A DNA stretch of 63,459 nt, filler included, from an uncultured bacterium (GTDB lineage Bacteria > CAYJOG01), in NCBI GenBank assembly GCA_964371695.1. It is 3 parts of 3 records of this genome, joined end to end, with 100 filler letters (N's around TTAATTAATTAA, not from the genome) between each part and the next. Parts side by side here need not be neighbours in the genome. Positions count along the whole stretch, not along the records: positions 1 to 21,940 come from CAYJOG010000003.1; positions 22,041 to 43,291 come from CAYJOG010000004.1; 1 more part is not named here. One strand, 5' to 3'. The number at the start of each line of letters is the position of its first letter. Position 1 is the stretch's first letter. Made by a program: the position numbers and the translations under genes. This document shows positions 16,715 to 28,000 of the stretch, piece by piece. Below the pieces are notes generated by a model. It searched no databases and was not told the origin of the DNA. It was given only the letters and a program-made list of their open reading frames with translations.

Positions 16715-17968
16715 TCACCAACTGCTGGGGCGTTTGATGGGTGCGCCGCCACCGGGAGGTGGGGGTGGTCCGCCGCCCGGTGGGCGCGGTGGTGGTGGGG
16801 GTGCGCCCGGCGGGCGCGGTGGCCCGCCGGGGCCGCCGTGGGATTGAGGGGGCGGGGCCGCCGCTGCTGACGCAGCGCCGCCAGCTGTTTCCTGCTCCAT
16901 GCGCAGGGCCTGCAATTTGATGCGCAGGTCGCCGGGGTTGTTGGAATAAGTCAGGGCGTCATCTGCGGTGATGGCCCCGTCGCGCACTTTGTCCAGCAGC
17001 GCCTGATTGAACGACTGCATTTTGTAGGTGGTGCGGCTGCCTTCGATCATCTTGAGCATCTCGTTGGTTTTTTCTTCGCAGATGAGTTTTTTGATGCTGG
17101 GGCTGCCCACCATCACCTCCTGCACCGCCACGCGTCCGCCGCCGCTTTTGGGCAACAGCCGCTGGCTCACCACGCCCACAATCACGCTGGCGAGTTGCAG
17201 GCGAATCTGGTGTTGCTGGCCCGGCTCGAAGGTGTCGATGATGCGGTCAATGGTCTGGGCGGCGTCGTTGGTGTGCAAGGTGCTGAACACCAGGTGGCCC
17301 GTTTCGGCGGCGGTGATGGCGGTGGTGATGGTGTCGGGGTCGCGCATTTCGCCGATGAGAATCACGTCGGGGTCTTGCCGCAGGGCGCGCTTGAGCGCCT
17401 GCTGAAAGCTTTTGGTGTCCTGGCCGATTTCCCGCTGGTTGATGATGGATTTTTTGTCCTGATACACAAACTCCACGGGGTCTTCGATGGTGATGATGTG
17501 TTCCTCGCGGTGTTCGTTGATGTATTCGATCATGGCGGCCAGGGTGGTGGACTTGCCGCTGCCCGTGGGGCCGGTGACGCAGATCAGTCCCTGCTTGGTG
17601 TGGGTGATTTCCTCAAGCACTTCGGGCAGGTTCAGGTCTTTGGTGGTGCGGATTTTGGTGGGAATCACCCGCAGCACGCCCCCCACCTTGCCCTGCTGGT
17701 GCAGGGCGTTCACGCGGAACCGGGCGATGTTGCCCAGGGGATAACTGAAGTCCAGTTCCCGCTCTATCTGAAAGGTCTCCACCTGATCAGCGCGCATCAT
17801 GCTCTGCATGAGAGCCTTGGTGTCGTCGGCGCTTAAGGTGGGGAACTCGGTGGCGCGGGTGAGTTTGCCGCTGAGGCGGAAGATGGGGGGATTGCCGGCC
17901 TTCAGGTGCAGGTCCGACCCGCCCATCTCCACCATTTTGGTGAGGATGTCGTCAATGGTGGGCAGCAT
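16715..17968 (-). CDS. pilT: PilT/PilU type IV pilus retraction ATPase with Pro/Gly-rich tail
   Basis: SDLHL, RFRVN, GPTGSGKSTT, TIEDPVE, LRQDPDVILIGEMRD and AETGHLVFSTLHT motifs; AAGGAG RBS. Confidence 0.9.
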   Translation of the reverse strand: MLPTIDDILTKMVEMGGSDLHLKAGNPPIFRLSGKLTRATEFPTLSADDTKALMQSMMRADQVETFQIERELDFSYPLGNIARFRVNALHQQGKVGGVLRVIPTKIRTTKDLNLPEVLEEITHTKQGLICVTGPTGSGKSTTLAAMIEYINEHREEHIITIEDPVEFVYQDKKSIINQREIGQDTKSFQQALKRALRQDPDVILIGEMRDPDTITTAITAAETGHLVFSTLHTNDAAQTIDRIIDTFEPGQQHQIRLQLASVIVGVVSQRLLPKSGGGRVAVQEVMVGSPSIKKLICEEKTNEMLKMIEGSRTTYKMQSFNQALLDKVRDGAITADDALTYSNNPGDLRIKLQALRMEQETAGGAASAAAAPPPQSHGGPGGPPRPPGAPPPPPRPPGGGPPPPPGGGAPIKRPSSW

Positions 17969-18007
17969 GGTGTCTCCTTAAATGAGAAACCTCAGTATAA
18001 CCCGGCG

Positions 18008-19264
18008 CTACCCCAAAACTTCCCTGGCGTCGCGCATGTGCTGGTTGACGGAATCCCTCAGTTCCTTTTCCATGGCGCCGTCTTCGGGCAGGGTGCGGTT
18101 TTTGAGCAGCATCTTCATGCCCTTGGTGATGCCCGAAACCGTGAGCGGCATCATGGGGAACACGTTGGCGATCATGCGCGTGGTGTAGGTGTGCCGCCAG
18201 TAAACCTCTTCGTCTGGGTTCAGCCACAGCGCCGCCGGAAAAGCCTTTTTCAGCCGCAGCAGCCAGTGAATGCCTGAAATGCTGTTGTTGGACCAGTAAT
18301 CAATGCGGCCGTTGACTTCCATGAGTTCGCTGGGAGCCATGGCGGCGTCGCCCACCAGAATCAGCTTGTGTTTGTGGGTGGATTCCCGCAGCAATTTGTA
18401 AGTGGGAATGCGTTTGCCGCGCTCCATGTCTTCCCACATTTCCTGATAGGGAGAGTTGTGGAAATAGTAATAACTCACCTTTTTGAAACGGTCCTTGATG
18501 GCGCTGAAAAGCCGGTTCATGGTTTCGTGATAGGGGGCCATGCTGCCGCCGGTGTCCATGAGCAGCACCACGTGCAGGTCGTTGCGCATTTCGCGGTCAA
18601 ACACCAGTTCCAGTTCACCGGCGTTATCACCGGTGGCGGTGATGGTCTTGTCCACGTTCAGCACGTCTTCTGGCCCCGTGGGCAACAGCGCCCGCAGGCC
18701 CGACAGGGCCACCTTGATCTGGCGGGTGTCCAACTGGCGGTCGGCGCTGTAATTGCGGAACTGCCGGGCCTCGGCAATTTTCACCGCACTGCCGTGGCGT
18801 CCGCCCCCCTGGCCAATGCGCACCCCCGCCGGGTTATAACCAAAGGCCCCCTGGGTGCTGGTGCCGCCGGTGCCGATGGCCTGGTTGCCGCCCACGTGGG
18901 CGTGAAAGCCCCCCTGTTCCCACTGCTTGCGAAAGTTTTCCAGCACCTCGCGCAGGTTCAGTTTCTGGATGGCGTCTTTTTCTTCTTGGGTGAACTGGCG
19001 GGGCGGCACCTTCTTCATTTCGGCGATCACTTGATCCACCACTCGGTCGCCCAGTTCCAGGCCTTTGAAAAAATGGGCGAAGCATTGGTCGAAACGGTCA
19101 AACAGCGTTTCGTTTTTTACCAGCAGCGAGCGGGAGAGGTAATAAAACTGCACCAGACTGTCCGCCGCCAAGCCGCTTTCCAGCGCCTCTTGCAGCGCCA
19201 TGAACTCATGCACGCTCACGGGAATGTCCTGTTCGCGCAAGAGATAAAAGAAGTCCGTGAACAT
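18008..19264 (-). CDS. VWA domain protein (CoxE-like), partner of the MoxR ATPase
   Basis: FYYLSRSLLVK, IGTGGTS..G..G, MIDAS-like DTGGSM, YFHN, VGDAAMAP and WLNP motifs. Confidence 0.85.
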   Translation of the reverse strand: MFTDFFYLLREQDIPVSVHEFMALQEALESGLAADSLVQFYYLSRSLLVKNETLFDRFDQCFAHFFKGLELGDRVVDQVIAEMKKVPPRQFTQEEKDAIQKLNLREVLENFRKQWEQGGFHAHVGGNQAIGTGGTSTQGAFGYNPAGVRIGQGGGRHGSAVKIAEARQFRNYSADRQLDTRQIKVALSGLRALLPTGPEDVLNVDKTITATGDNAGELELVFDREMRNDLHVVLLMDTGGSMAPYHETMNRLFSAIKDRFKKVSYYYFHNSPYQEMWEDMERGKRIPTYKLLRESTHKHKLILVGDAAMAPSELMEVNGRIDYWSNNSISGIHWLLRLKKAFPAALWLNPDEEVYWRHTYTTRMIANVFPMMPLTVSGITKGMKMLLKNRTLPEDGAMEKELRDSVNQHMRDAREVLG

Positions 19265-19266
19265 GG

Positions 19267-20112
19267 TTACCAGCTCAGGGGCCGGGCGTGTTGCACCTTG
19301 GGACCAGCCTTTTTGCGCGCCACCACGTCCAGGTCCTGTTCCTTTTTGATGAGTGCCCCCAGATAGGGGATTTCCTCTTCGATTCTGGAAGGGGCAATGC
19401 CCGCGTGCATCAGGGCCTGAATCCAGTCCAGAAACTCGCTGGTGCTGGGTTTTTTGCGCACTTCGTCCAGTTCGCGCAGCCAGTAAAACCGCGTGAGCGC
19501 TGCCTTGAGCAGTTTGTCTTCCACTTCGGGGTGGTGCAGGCGGGTGATTTCCACCATGGCTTCGGGGCTGGGAAAGTTGATGAAATGAAACACGCAGCGG
19601 CGCAAAAAAGCGTCGGGCAGTTCCTTTTCGCTGTTGCTGGTGATGATGACGACGGGGCGGTTTTTGGCCCGCACCACATCATCGGTTTCGGGAATGTGAA
19701 AATACATTTCGTCCAGTTCGTTCAGCAGGTCGTTGGGAAACTCCAGGTCGGCCTTGTCTATTTCATCCACCAGCAACACCACCTGTTCCTCGGTGGAGAA
19801 GGACTGCCCCAGTTTGCCCAGGCGGATGTAGGCGCGGATGTCGGACACGTCGGCATCGGAAAACCGGCTGTCGAACAGGCGCTTGACGGTGTCGTAGTGA
19901 TACAGCCCCTCTTTGGCCTTGGTGGTGGATTTCACGTTCCACACCAGCAGGTCTTTTTCCAGCATCTTGGCAACCGCCTTGGCCAGTTGGGTTTTGCCCG
20001 TGCCCGGCTCGCCCTTCACCAGCAGGGGGCGGCCCAGCGTCACGGCCACCTCGGCGGCGTAGCGCAGTTCGTCAGAAAGGATGTACTCGTCGGTGCTCTG
20101 AAAACGGCTCAT
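19267..20112 (-). CDS. MoxR family AAA+ ATPase
   Basis: RPLLVKGEPGTGKT, LLVDEIDKAD, ITSNSEKELPDAFLRRC and KKPSTSE motifs. Confidence 0.92.
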   Translation of the reverse strand: MSRFQSTDEYILSDELRYAAEVAVTLGRPLLVKGEPGTGKTQLAKAVAKMLEKDLLVWNVKSTTKAKEGLYHYDTVKRLFDSRFSDADVSDIRAYIRLGKLGQSFSTEEQVVLLVDEIDKADLEFPNDLLNELDEMYFHIPETDDVVRAKNRPVVIITSNSEKELPDAFLRRCVFHFINFPSPEAMVEITRLHHPEVEDKLLKAALTRFYWLRELDEVRKKPSTSEFLDWIQALMHAGIAPSRIEEEIPYLGALIKKEQDLDVVARKKAGPKVQHARPLSW

Positions 20113-20151
20113 GCCAGGAATTTACTCCATACGGGTGCGAATGTAAAGTGA

Positions 20152-21732
20152 TTACAAAGCCTGACGGATGGGTGTGGCCGCCTCGCCGGGGCTGAAATCA
20201 GGCGGCGGGGGAATGTCTCCCAGTGTGCGGGTGGCCCGGAACTGCTTGAGGGTGAGCATGCTTTTGAGAATGCGCATGACCTTGCTCTGGGTTCTGCCCT
20301 GGCTCACCACAAACAGTTCCCGCAGCAAACGCCAGGGGCGCAGCAGCCAGCTCACGCTGAAAAAGCTGATGAAGCTGAACAGCACCAGGGCGCGCAGCCC
20401 CCAACTGGGCAGGCGGGGGTTGAAACTGGTGTGGCGGAACAGCGTGAGGTAATCAAACAGGCTGAAATAAAAGTCGTCGTTCAGGGTGATTTTTCCGGCG
20501 GTGCGCAGGCGGTCAAACTCCACCGTGCCGGGCATGGGAAAAAACGCGCTGATGTTCACCTCACTGAACCCCAGCACGGCGCATTTGAGAATGGTGAGCC
20601 AGGTGCGCCACCAGTTCAGCGGGGTCTCGAAGGGAAAGCCATAGATGAACAGGCCCTGCACCCGCAGGCCCTGGGCCATGCTGGCGCGGGCGGCCTTGAA
20701 CATGCGCTCCGGCGTCATGCGTTTCTGGATGCGTTTGAGCACCGCTGGGTCGCCGCTTTCGATGGCGAAGGCGAAGTTCTTGCAGCCGCTTTCGAACATG
20801 GCGTGGGCGATTTCGCCGTCAAAGGCTTCGCTGCGGGTGCCGGTGGGCAGTTGCCACGTGATGTTGAGGCCGCGGGCGAGGATTTTTTCAGAGAAATCCA
20901 GAATCCATTTTTTCTGGATCACCGCCGTGAGGTCTTCAAAGTGGAAATCCGTGACGCCATATCGGTGGATGTAACTTTCCATTTCATCCAGCACACAGTC
21001 CACGTCGCGGGCCTGCCAGGTGGTGGTCCACATGTTGGGGCTGGTGCAGAAGGTGCATTGATAGGGGCAACCCCGGCTGAGAAGCATGGGCATGGAGCGT
21101 CCCATCTGTGCGCCGTGGGGGCTTTTGAGCGCGATGTAGCCTTCCACGTTCACGTCGTGCCAGTCGGGTGGGGGAATGTCGTTGATCTGACGAATACGCC
21201 CCCGGCGGGGATTGTGGTGAATCAGGCCCTGATGGTCGCGGTAACTGATGCCCGCCACCGCCGAGAGGGGCGCGTGGTTTTCCAGCGCCTTTAACAGCGC
21301 CAGCAGGGTTTCTTCGCCTTCACCTTTTATCAGGATGTCAAAGGGGCTTTCTGCCAGCACTTCATCTGGCAGGGCGCTGGCGTGTTCACCCCCCAGTATC
21401 AGGGTGAGATCAGGCCGGGCGGTGTGAATGGCAAAGGAGAGGTCTCGCACAATGGGCCAGGCGCAACTGAACATGCAGGTGAGGCCCACCACGGTGGTTT
21501 CGGGGGGAATGGCAGAGACAATCTGGTGAAAGTCCAGGCCCCGCAGGGTCTTGCCCCGGTAGCGCCAGAACTGGTTCAGTCCTGCGCCGATGGCGTCCAC
21601 CACCTGCACCGTGTGGCCCGCCTCGCGGGCGCTGGCGGTGAGATAACCCAGCCACAGGGGCGGAATGGCGACGTAGCTGAGGTAGTTGGACCGGCGAACC
21701 AGCGACGGCGGTTGAATAAGCGCCAGATGCAC
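20152..21732 (-). CDS. Cobalamin-binding radical SAM protein
   Basis: PPLWLGYL, GGEHAS, GEGE, SRGCPYQCTFC and IESG motifs. Start moved to GTG 21732 because the longer ORF runs into repeat R2. Confidence 0.88.
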   Translation of the reverse strand: MHLALIQPPSLVRRSNYLSYVAIPPLWLGYLTASAREAGHTVQVVDAIGAGLNQFWRYRGKTLRGLDFHQIVSAIPPETTVVGLTCMFSCAWPIVRDLSFAIHTARPDLTLILGGEHASALPDEVLAESPFDILIKGEGEETLLALLKALENHAPLSAVAGISYRDHQGLIHHNPRRGRIRQINDIPPPDWHDVNVEGYIALKSPHGAQMGRSMPMLLSRGCPYQCTFCTSPNMWTTTWQARDVDCVLDEMESYIHRYGVTDFHFEDLTAVIQKKWILDFSEKILARGLNITWQLPTGTRSEAFDGEIAHAMFESGCKNFAFAIESGDPAVLKRIQKRMTPERMFKAARASMAQGLRVQGLFIYGFPFETPLNWWRTWLTILKCAVLGFSEVNISAFFPMPGTVEFDRLRTAGKITLNDDFYFSLFDYLTLFRHTSFNPRLPSWGLRALVLFSFISFFSVSWLLRPWRLLRELFVVSQGRTQSKVMRILKSMLTLKQFRATRTLGDIPPPPDFSPGEAATPIRQAL

Positions 21733-21757
21733 GTGATTACTATACCCCCAAGGCTTT

Positions 21758-21940
21758 GAAAACCTGTTTATAAAGTCAGCTGTGGACTTTAAAACCCATA
21801 ACAAAACTCCCTCCGTGGAGTTTTGTTATCGCCGAGACGGGGAATGAATCCCCGTCTCGAGCGCGAAACCCTACAGGTTTTTAACCCTCCGGGTTTCGGA
21901 TGCGGACCATCCAGGTCCGCAGATCCCCCAACAAAACCAG
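21758..21940 (-). mobile_element. MITE-like structured element R2 (cut by contig end)
   Basis: End GAAAACCTGTTT followed by five hairpins. 21864-21921 is homologous to R1 947-1003, and 21798-21899 is the reverse-complement homolog of R4 47242-47338. Confidence 0.7.
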
Positions 21941-22040
21941 NNNNNNNNNNNNNNNNNNNNNNNNNNNNNNNNNNNNNNNNNNNNTTAATTAATTAANNNN
22001 NNNNNNNNNNNNNNNNNNNNNNNNNNNNNNNNNNNNNNNN
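21941..22040. other. Artificial contig spacer (N run containing TTAATTAATTAA)
   Basis: 100-nt block with a six-frame stop linker at 21985-21996. Confidence 0.95.
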
Positions 22041-22041
22041 C

Positions 22042-25000
22042 TGCCATCGCCGGTTGCTCTCGGCCTCGAGGTCCAGCAGCGCCGTGGCAGCCTCCAGCAT
22101 CGGCGGGGCCATGAACGTGTCCGGCTCCCTTGAGTTGAACAGCAACAGCTTTACGGTGGCGGGCAATTTCGACGCCACTGGCGGCGGTGTGAACCTTGCG
22201 GCGGGCAGCCTGCTCACCCTGCAAGGCGCGAGCAACCCCTCATTCGGAACCCTCAACATGCACCCCGCCGCCACGGTGAAATACAACTGCTCGGCGGCCT
22301 GCACCGTGGCCCCCGGCACTTTCAGCAGCATCACGGTGGCGGGCACTGGACAAACCCACACATTGCTGGGCAACGTCACGGTTACCAGCGCCTCCACGGC
22401 CCTGCAACTCGAAAACAACGGCACGGTGCTGGACCTGAACGGCTTTGCCCTGAGCGCCTCGGCGGGCTCCATCACATTGGGGCAAAACGGCGCGGTCACC
22501 CCCGCGCTGCGCACCAGCGGCGGCACGTTGCAGGTGGCGGGCGACGTCAACCTTTATGACGTCAGCACGCTGGAGACGAACGGCGGCATCGTGCAGATCG
22601 CCGGGTCGCTGCAATCCGCGGCGGGCACCTTCGGCACCATCAGCATCAGCACCGGCACCGTCACGGTTTATGGCGCGATGAACGCCTCCCTCGGCTCCAC
22701 CCGCTTCACCGGCGCGGGCATGTTGAGCCTTGCGGGGCCGCTCACCAGCCTGGGCACGGTGGACATCGGCGCGGGTTACGGCACCCTCTCGCTGGGTTAT
22801 ATCGGGGGCGACACCACCCTGCCCAACACACAGTTCAACGACATTTACATCGCCACCCCCGGCCGCACGGTGTTTGCGGGCGGCGCTGGCACCGGCATGC
22901 GCAGCATGGCCCTGGCGGCGGGCACGCTGGACCAGACCGGCAACATCACCGTGAGCGGGAGCTGGAACGCCAGCGGCGGTGTCTATCAGCCTTCCCTGGC
23001 CTACAACCTCACCTTCCTGGGCATCAACTCCCAGAACATCAGCATGTCGGTGGCAAGCTGGTTCCCTAACCTTATATTTAACAAAACGGCTGGCTTGGCC
23101 ACCCTGATGACCGACGCCACCGTCAGCGGCTCCACCACCATCACCAACACGGGCAACTTCCTGGACATCGCAGGCGGCAACACCCTGTTGGCCAAGGGCG
23201 ATTTCATCGCCAGCGGCGGCACCTTTTCCCCCGCAGGCGGCAACGTGGTGATCAGTCCCAGCGTCTCGTCGGTGGGGGTGGACCTGGGGGCCGCCAACAG
23301 TTTCAACAACCTCACGGTGGACAACGGCGTGGGCAAGACCGTGAACCTCTCCAGCGACGTGGAAGTGGTGCAGGCTTTCCAAAAAACCGGCGCTGGCTCC
23401 ATGCGCACACAAACCTATCTGCTGGCGGTGAGCGGCAGCGCCACCCTGGCGGCGGGCACCCTGCGGGTGAACGACGTGACCAGCACCGGCGGTGTGCTGG
23501 CCGTGAGCGGCGTCTTCACCCAAACCGGCGGCAACCTGCATCTGGACTTTGGCGGCGACCTGTGGCTGGGAACCGGTTATGACCAGCAAAGCGGCCTTTT
23601 GGCCAACGAAACAGCCGGGGGCATACCGGCGCAGATTGGCTCGGTGAACCCCGGCGTGGTATTCCCCACCGTGGCGCTGAACGGTCAGCTCAGCAACAGT
23701 GTGGCGTTGTCCTTCAGCAGCATTGCCGCGAGCGGCGTACACATCAGCCCCAGTGCTAACGTCATTGTTTTTGACAATGTGGGTTACAGCGCCTTCCAGG
23801 GTGGGGCCACGTGTCTGGACCTGGATCGCAGCGGCCCCTCTACCGTGGCCTTTGCGGGACATGATTTTGCGGCGGCCTGCACGGTGAATGTGGACGCCAA
23901 CGGCGTGACGGCGGCGGTGGATGTCAACATGGTCAACGCCACCGGCGCGCAGGCGGGCGAAGGCTTTGACGTAGAAACCGGCACGGCCATCGTGGCCTGG
24001 GGCACACAGTTCAACGTGTCGGGCACCTGTGTGGGAGCCGCCACCCTCAAGCTGGCCCGCAATGGCGCGGTGGTGGGTACCCAGGGTTGTGGCGGCGGCG
24101 TGTTCGCCTTCAACAACACCTTTGGCGTGGCGGGCGATGTCTACACCATCTTTGACGACAACAACCTGGACGGCACCGATGACCGGGCCGTGATGTTCAA
24201 GGCCAGCGGCAGCAACGTGGCCGCCCTGGCCATGACGGGGGCCACCGAGACCCTCAAGATTTACACCGTCGGCGGCCCGCTCACCAGCGAGGAAATCGCC
24301 GTGAACCGCCCCGCCGACACCGATATGCCCTTTACCCTGGCGGGCAACACGGTGGTGGTGGACAGCTTGGCCGAACTGGAAGTGGCCACGGGGGGCACGT
24401 TCATCGTGAGCGCCTCTCACCCGGTGTCCGTCTCGGCCACGTTGCGGTCTTTTGGCGCCACGGTGGTGAACGGCGCGCTGGAAGTGGATGGGGACATCGA
24501 CGCCACCGGCGGCGGCATCACCCTGGCGAACAACGCCCAGTTGTTGGTGGGCGGGGCCATGACCTCCTTCGGCGCCTTCAACTTCAGTGACAGCGCCACC
24601 GTGGTGCTGGACAGCACGGGCGCGGGCCAGACACTGCCCGCGGCCACAGGCATCTATCCCAACCTCACCATTGATAAAGGTAGCCAGATTGCCCTGCTGG
24701 GGGCGGCCACCGTCATCAGCAGCAGCCTCACCGTGCAAAGCGGCGTGCTGGACACCAGCGGTCTGAACCTTTTCGTGAGCGGCAGCACCACCATTGCCAA
24801 CGCCGCCACCAGCCGCCTGCGCACCGCCGGCGGCACGGTGACGTTTGTCGGCAGCGTCACCAACAACAAACAGATTTGGGCCGACTTTGCCGGAGATGTC
24901 CGGTTGCTGGGCAACTACGCCAGTGCCGGCGGTTCGGAACTGGCCATTCTGGCGGCCGGGGCCACGGTGAGCGTGAGCGGCAGCTACAACAATGCGGGCA

Positions 25001-28000
25001 CCACCCGCTTTGCGGGCATGGGCGCGCTGTGGCTGGATGGTCCCCTGACTTCCCTGGGCGCCTACGACATCGGCGCGGGCACGGGCATCCTTTCCCTCAG
25101 CTACGTCGGCGGCGGCACATCGTTGCCCGCCACCACCTATCACCGGGTGTTCGTCAACACGCCGGGGCAAACGGTGAGCCTGGGGGCGGGCGCGGGCCTG
25201 AAAGATCTGAGCCTGTCTGGCGGCACACTGGCGCTGGCGGGGGCCCTGGCGGTGAGCGGCAGTTGGGACGACGTGGGCGGTGTCTTCCAGGACAACGCGA
25301 ATACGGTGACTTTCAGTGGCAGCGGTGCTCGCACCATCACGCAGGGCGCGGCCAACTTCTTTAACAATGTGGCCGTCACCATGACCGGCGGCTCCCTCAC
25401 ACTTGGCAGCAATGGCACCATCACGGGGTCGTTCACCATCAGCACACCGGGCAACGTCTTCAGCCTGGGGGGCCAGACCCTGGCGGTGGGCGGCAACCTG
25501 GATGCTTCGGGTGGTGTCTTCCAGCCCGCAGCGGGCACGGTGCTGCTCAGCCCCTCGGCGGGCAACATCAACGTGGACCTGGGGGCCACGGGCCGCGTGC
25601 CCGACCTGACGGTGGACAACGTCATTGGCCGCATGGTGCTGCTCACCAACAATCTGCACGTGGCGGGCAACTTCACCAAAGACGGCGCGGGCAACATGGG
25701 TGTGAACCAGAACGTCATGAGTGTGTCCGGCAGTGTGGCGCTGAACGCCGGTGGGTTTGCCGTGAGAGATGGGGCCGGACCCGGCACCTTTGCGGTGAGC
25801 GGCGCGCTGACACACAACGGCGGTGTGCTGGACCTGGGCAAGGGCGCGCTCCTCAAGCTGGGGGCCTCTTATGAACAAGGGGTCAGCGGCCAACTGGACA
25901 ACACCATCGTGGGAGCCACGCCCGCCCGGATTTCTTCGCTGGATCCCGGCAGCGTCTGGCCCACCGTGGGTATGAACGGGATTGTCAACAACGCCCAGCC
26001 CCTTTCCTTTACTTATGTCGCCACCAGCGGTGTGCGCATCAGCCCCTCGGCCATCCTCAGCAACTACAACACCGTGGCTTATGAAAACTTCCAGGCGGGG
26101 GCCACGTGTCTGGACATCAACCGCAGTGGTGTGGAAACCCAGAACTTCGCCAACCACTACTTCGGCACGGCCTGCACGGTGAACGTGGACGGCGACGGCG
26201 GCGCGGGCACGGTGACCATCAACATGACGGGCAGCACCGGCCCTCGCAAGGGTGAGGCCTATGACGCCGAAGCCAATGGGGCCGCCGTGGTGTGGGGTGT
26301 GCCCATCAACTTTGCCGCCGCCCATTTCTTTGACCTGAACGCCAACGGCAAGGTGGACCGCATGGTGGTGCAGTTCACCCAGCCCCTGAGCGACTCCACC
26401 GTGAGCCTCGCGGGCAGTCAGGCGGCTTTCTCGGTGCAGGCGGTGGTGGGGGCCACGGCGATTACGGATATTGATGCCGTAACCGCAGGCGGCAGTTGTT
26501 CCCGTCCGGCGCTGGACTCCGGCGCGGCCAACGATGCCTACATGACCCTGTGTCTGAACGAAGCCAGTTTTCCAAACACCCAGTCGCAGTCGGTGGCCTT
26601 CACCCAGGGCGGCGGCGTGTTCCGCGACGCCGACGACAACGAAGTCCCCACCAGCGGCTCGGTGAACGCCATTGACGCCGCCGAGCCGATCCTGCTTTAT
26701 GTCCAGAGTTTTGTGGACACCAACGTGTTGCTGGTGAGCTTCAGCGAGCCGGTTTACACCAGTGCGGGCGGTGTGGGCGGCTTGGTGGGCGGCGACTTCA
26801 CCGTGACCGACGTGGACAATGGCCGCACGGTGAGCGGTGCGACGCACACAGCAGGGAACCCCTCTGGCGCGGTGAACCTGAGCGCTGCGCTGGACGCCGC
26901 CAACGACCTGACGGTGGACAGTCTGACGCCTGTGGCTTCTCAGATTTATGACCTTGCAGGCAACACGGTTTCGGCCTCTGCCGTCACCCTCACCGAGCGG
27001 GTGCTGACCTGGACAGGCGCGGCCAACACCAACATGAACAACGCCGCCAACTGGGATTTCAATCGCACCCCCACCAACAGCGACCGCTTGGTCATCACCA
27101 ACGCCGGTTCAGTGCCCGCCACGGTCAACGCACTCATCAATGCGCGGGGCGTGACGGTTGATCCGGGCGCCACGCTGGATGGCGGCGGCAGCATTCTCCA
27201 GATTTCCGGCGACTTCATCGTGAACGGAACCTTCACGCCCAGCACAGGCAACATCACCGTGGCAGGGGCTGGGGTTTACAACCTCAGTGCTTCTTCGTTC
27301 AACAACCTCGACACCTCGCTGGGCACTGGTGTGCTGACGGTGGACGCCGCCATCAACGGTTCTTCCAACACCGGCACCCTCAGCCTTGGGCCGGGCATTG
27401 ATCTCACGGTTTCGGGCAACGTCACCAACACCGGCACCCTCCAGCTCAACGGCAACGCCACGCTGGACGTGAACGGCTCCCTCAACAGCACCACCAACCT
27501 GACCTGCGCGGCCAACTGCACCATTTATCTGGGCGGCACGGTACTGGACCTGGGCACCTTCACACGAGGCACGGGCACGGTGGTGTATGACAGCACCACC
27601 GCCGCACAAACGGTGGACAACGTGGCCTATCACCACCTCACCTTTGCCAACAACGGCCAGACCGCCACACTGGGCGGGGCCATCACGGTGAGCGGTGACG
27701 TGAGTGTGACGGGCGCGACAGCCAACCTGAACGGCTCCGGCCTGACCATGAGCGTGGAGGGCAGCCTGCTGGTGCTGGCGAACAACACGGCGGCCTTCAC
27801 CAACGCGCCGGTTACCTTTGTCGGCTCGGCGGTGCAGAACCTGAGCGCCGACGCCACGCTGGGTGCGGTGGCGGTGAACAAAACCGGCGGCAAACTGGTG
27901 CTGAACCAGGCCACCGGCGCACCCATCCTGGGGGGCCTGAGCCTCAACCTGGGTGAGGTGGACCTGAACGGCAAAACCCTCCGCATGGGCAACGCCTCCA

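Noticed and set aside
16735-16870. G-rich low-complexity tract (possible G-quadruplex or tandem repeat)
   Set aside because: Explained by the Pro/Gly-rich C-terminal tail of PilT on the minus strand.
21985-21996. Palindromic TTAATTAATTAA inside N runs (also 43336-43347)
   Set aside because: Artificial six-frame-stop contig linker, not biology. Gene context must not be inferred across it.
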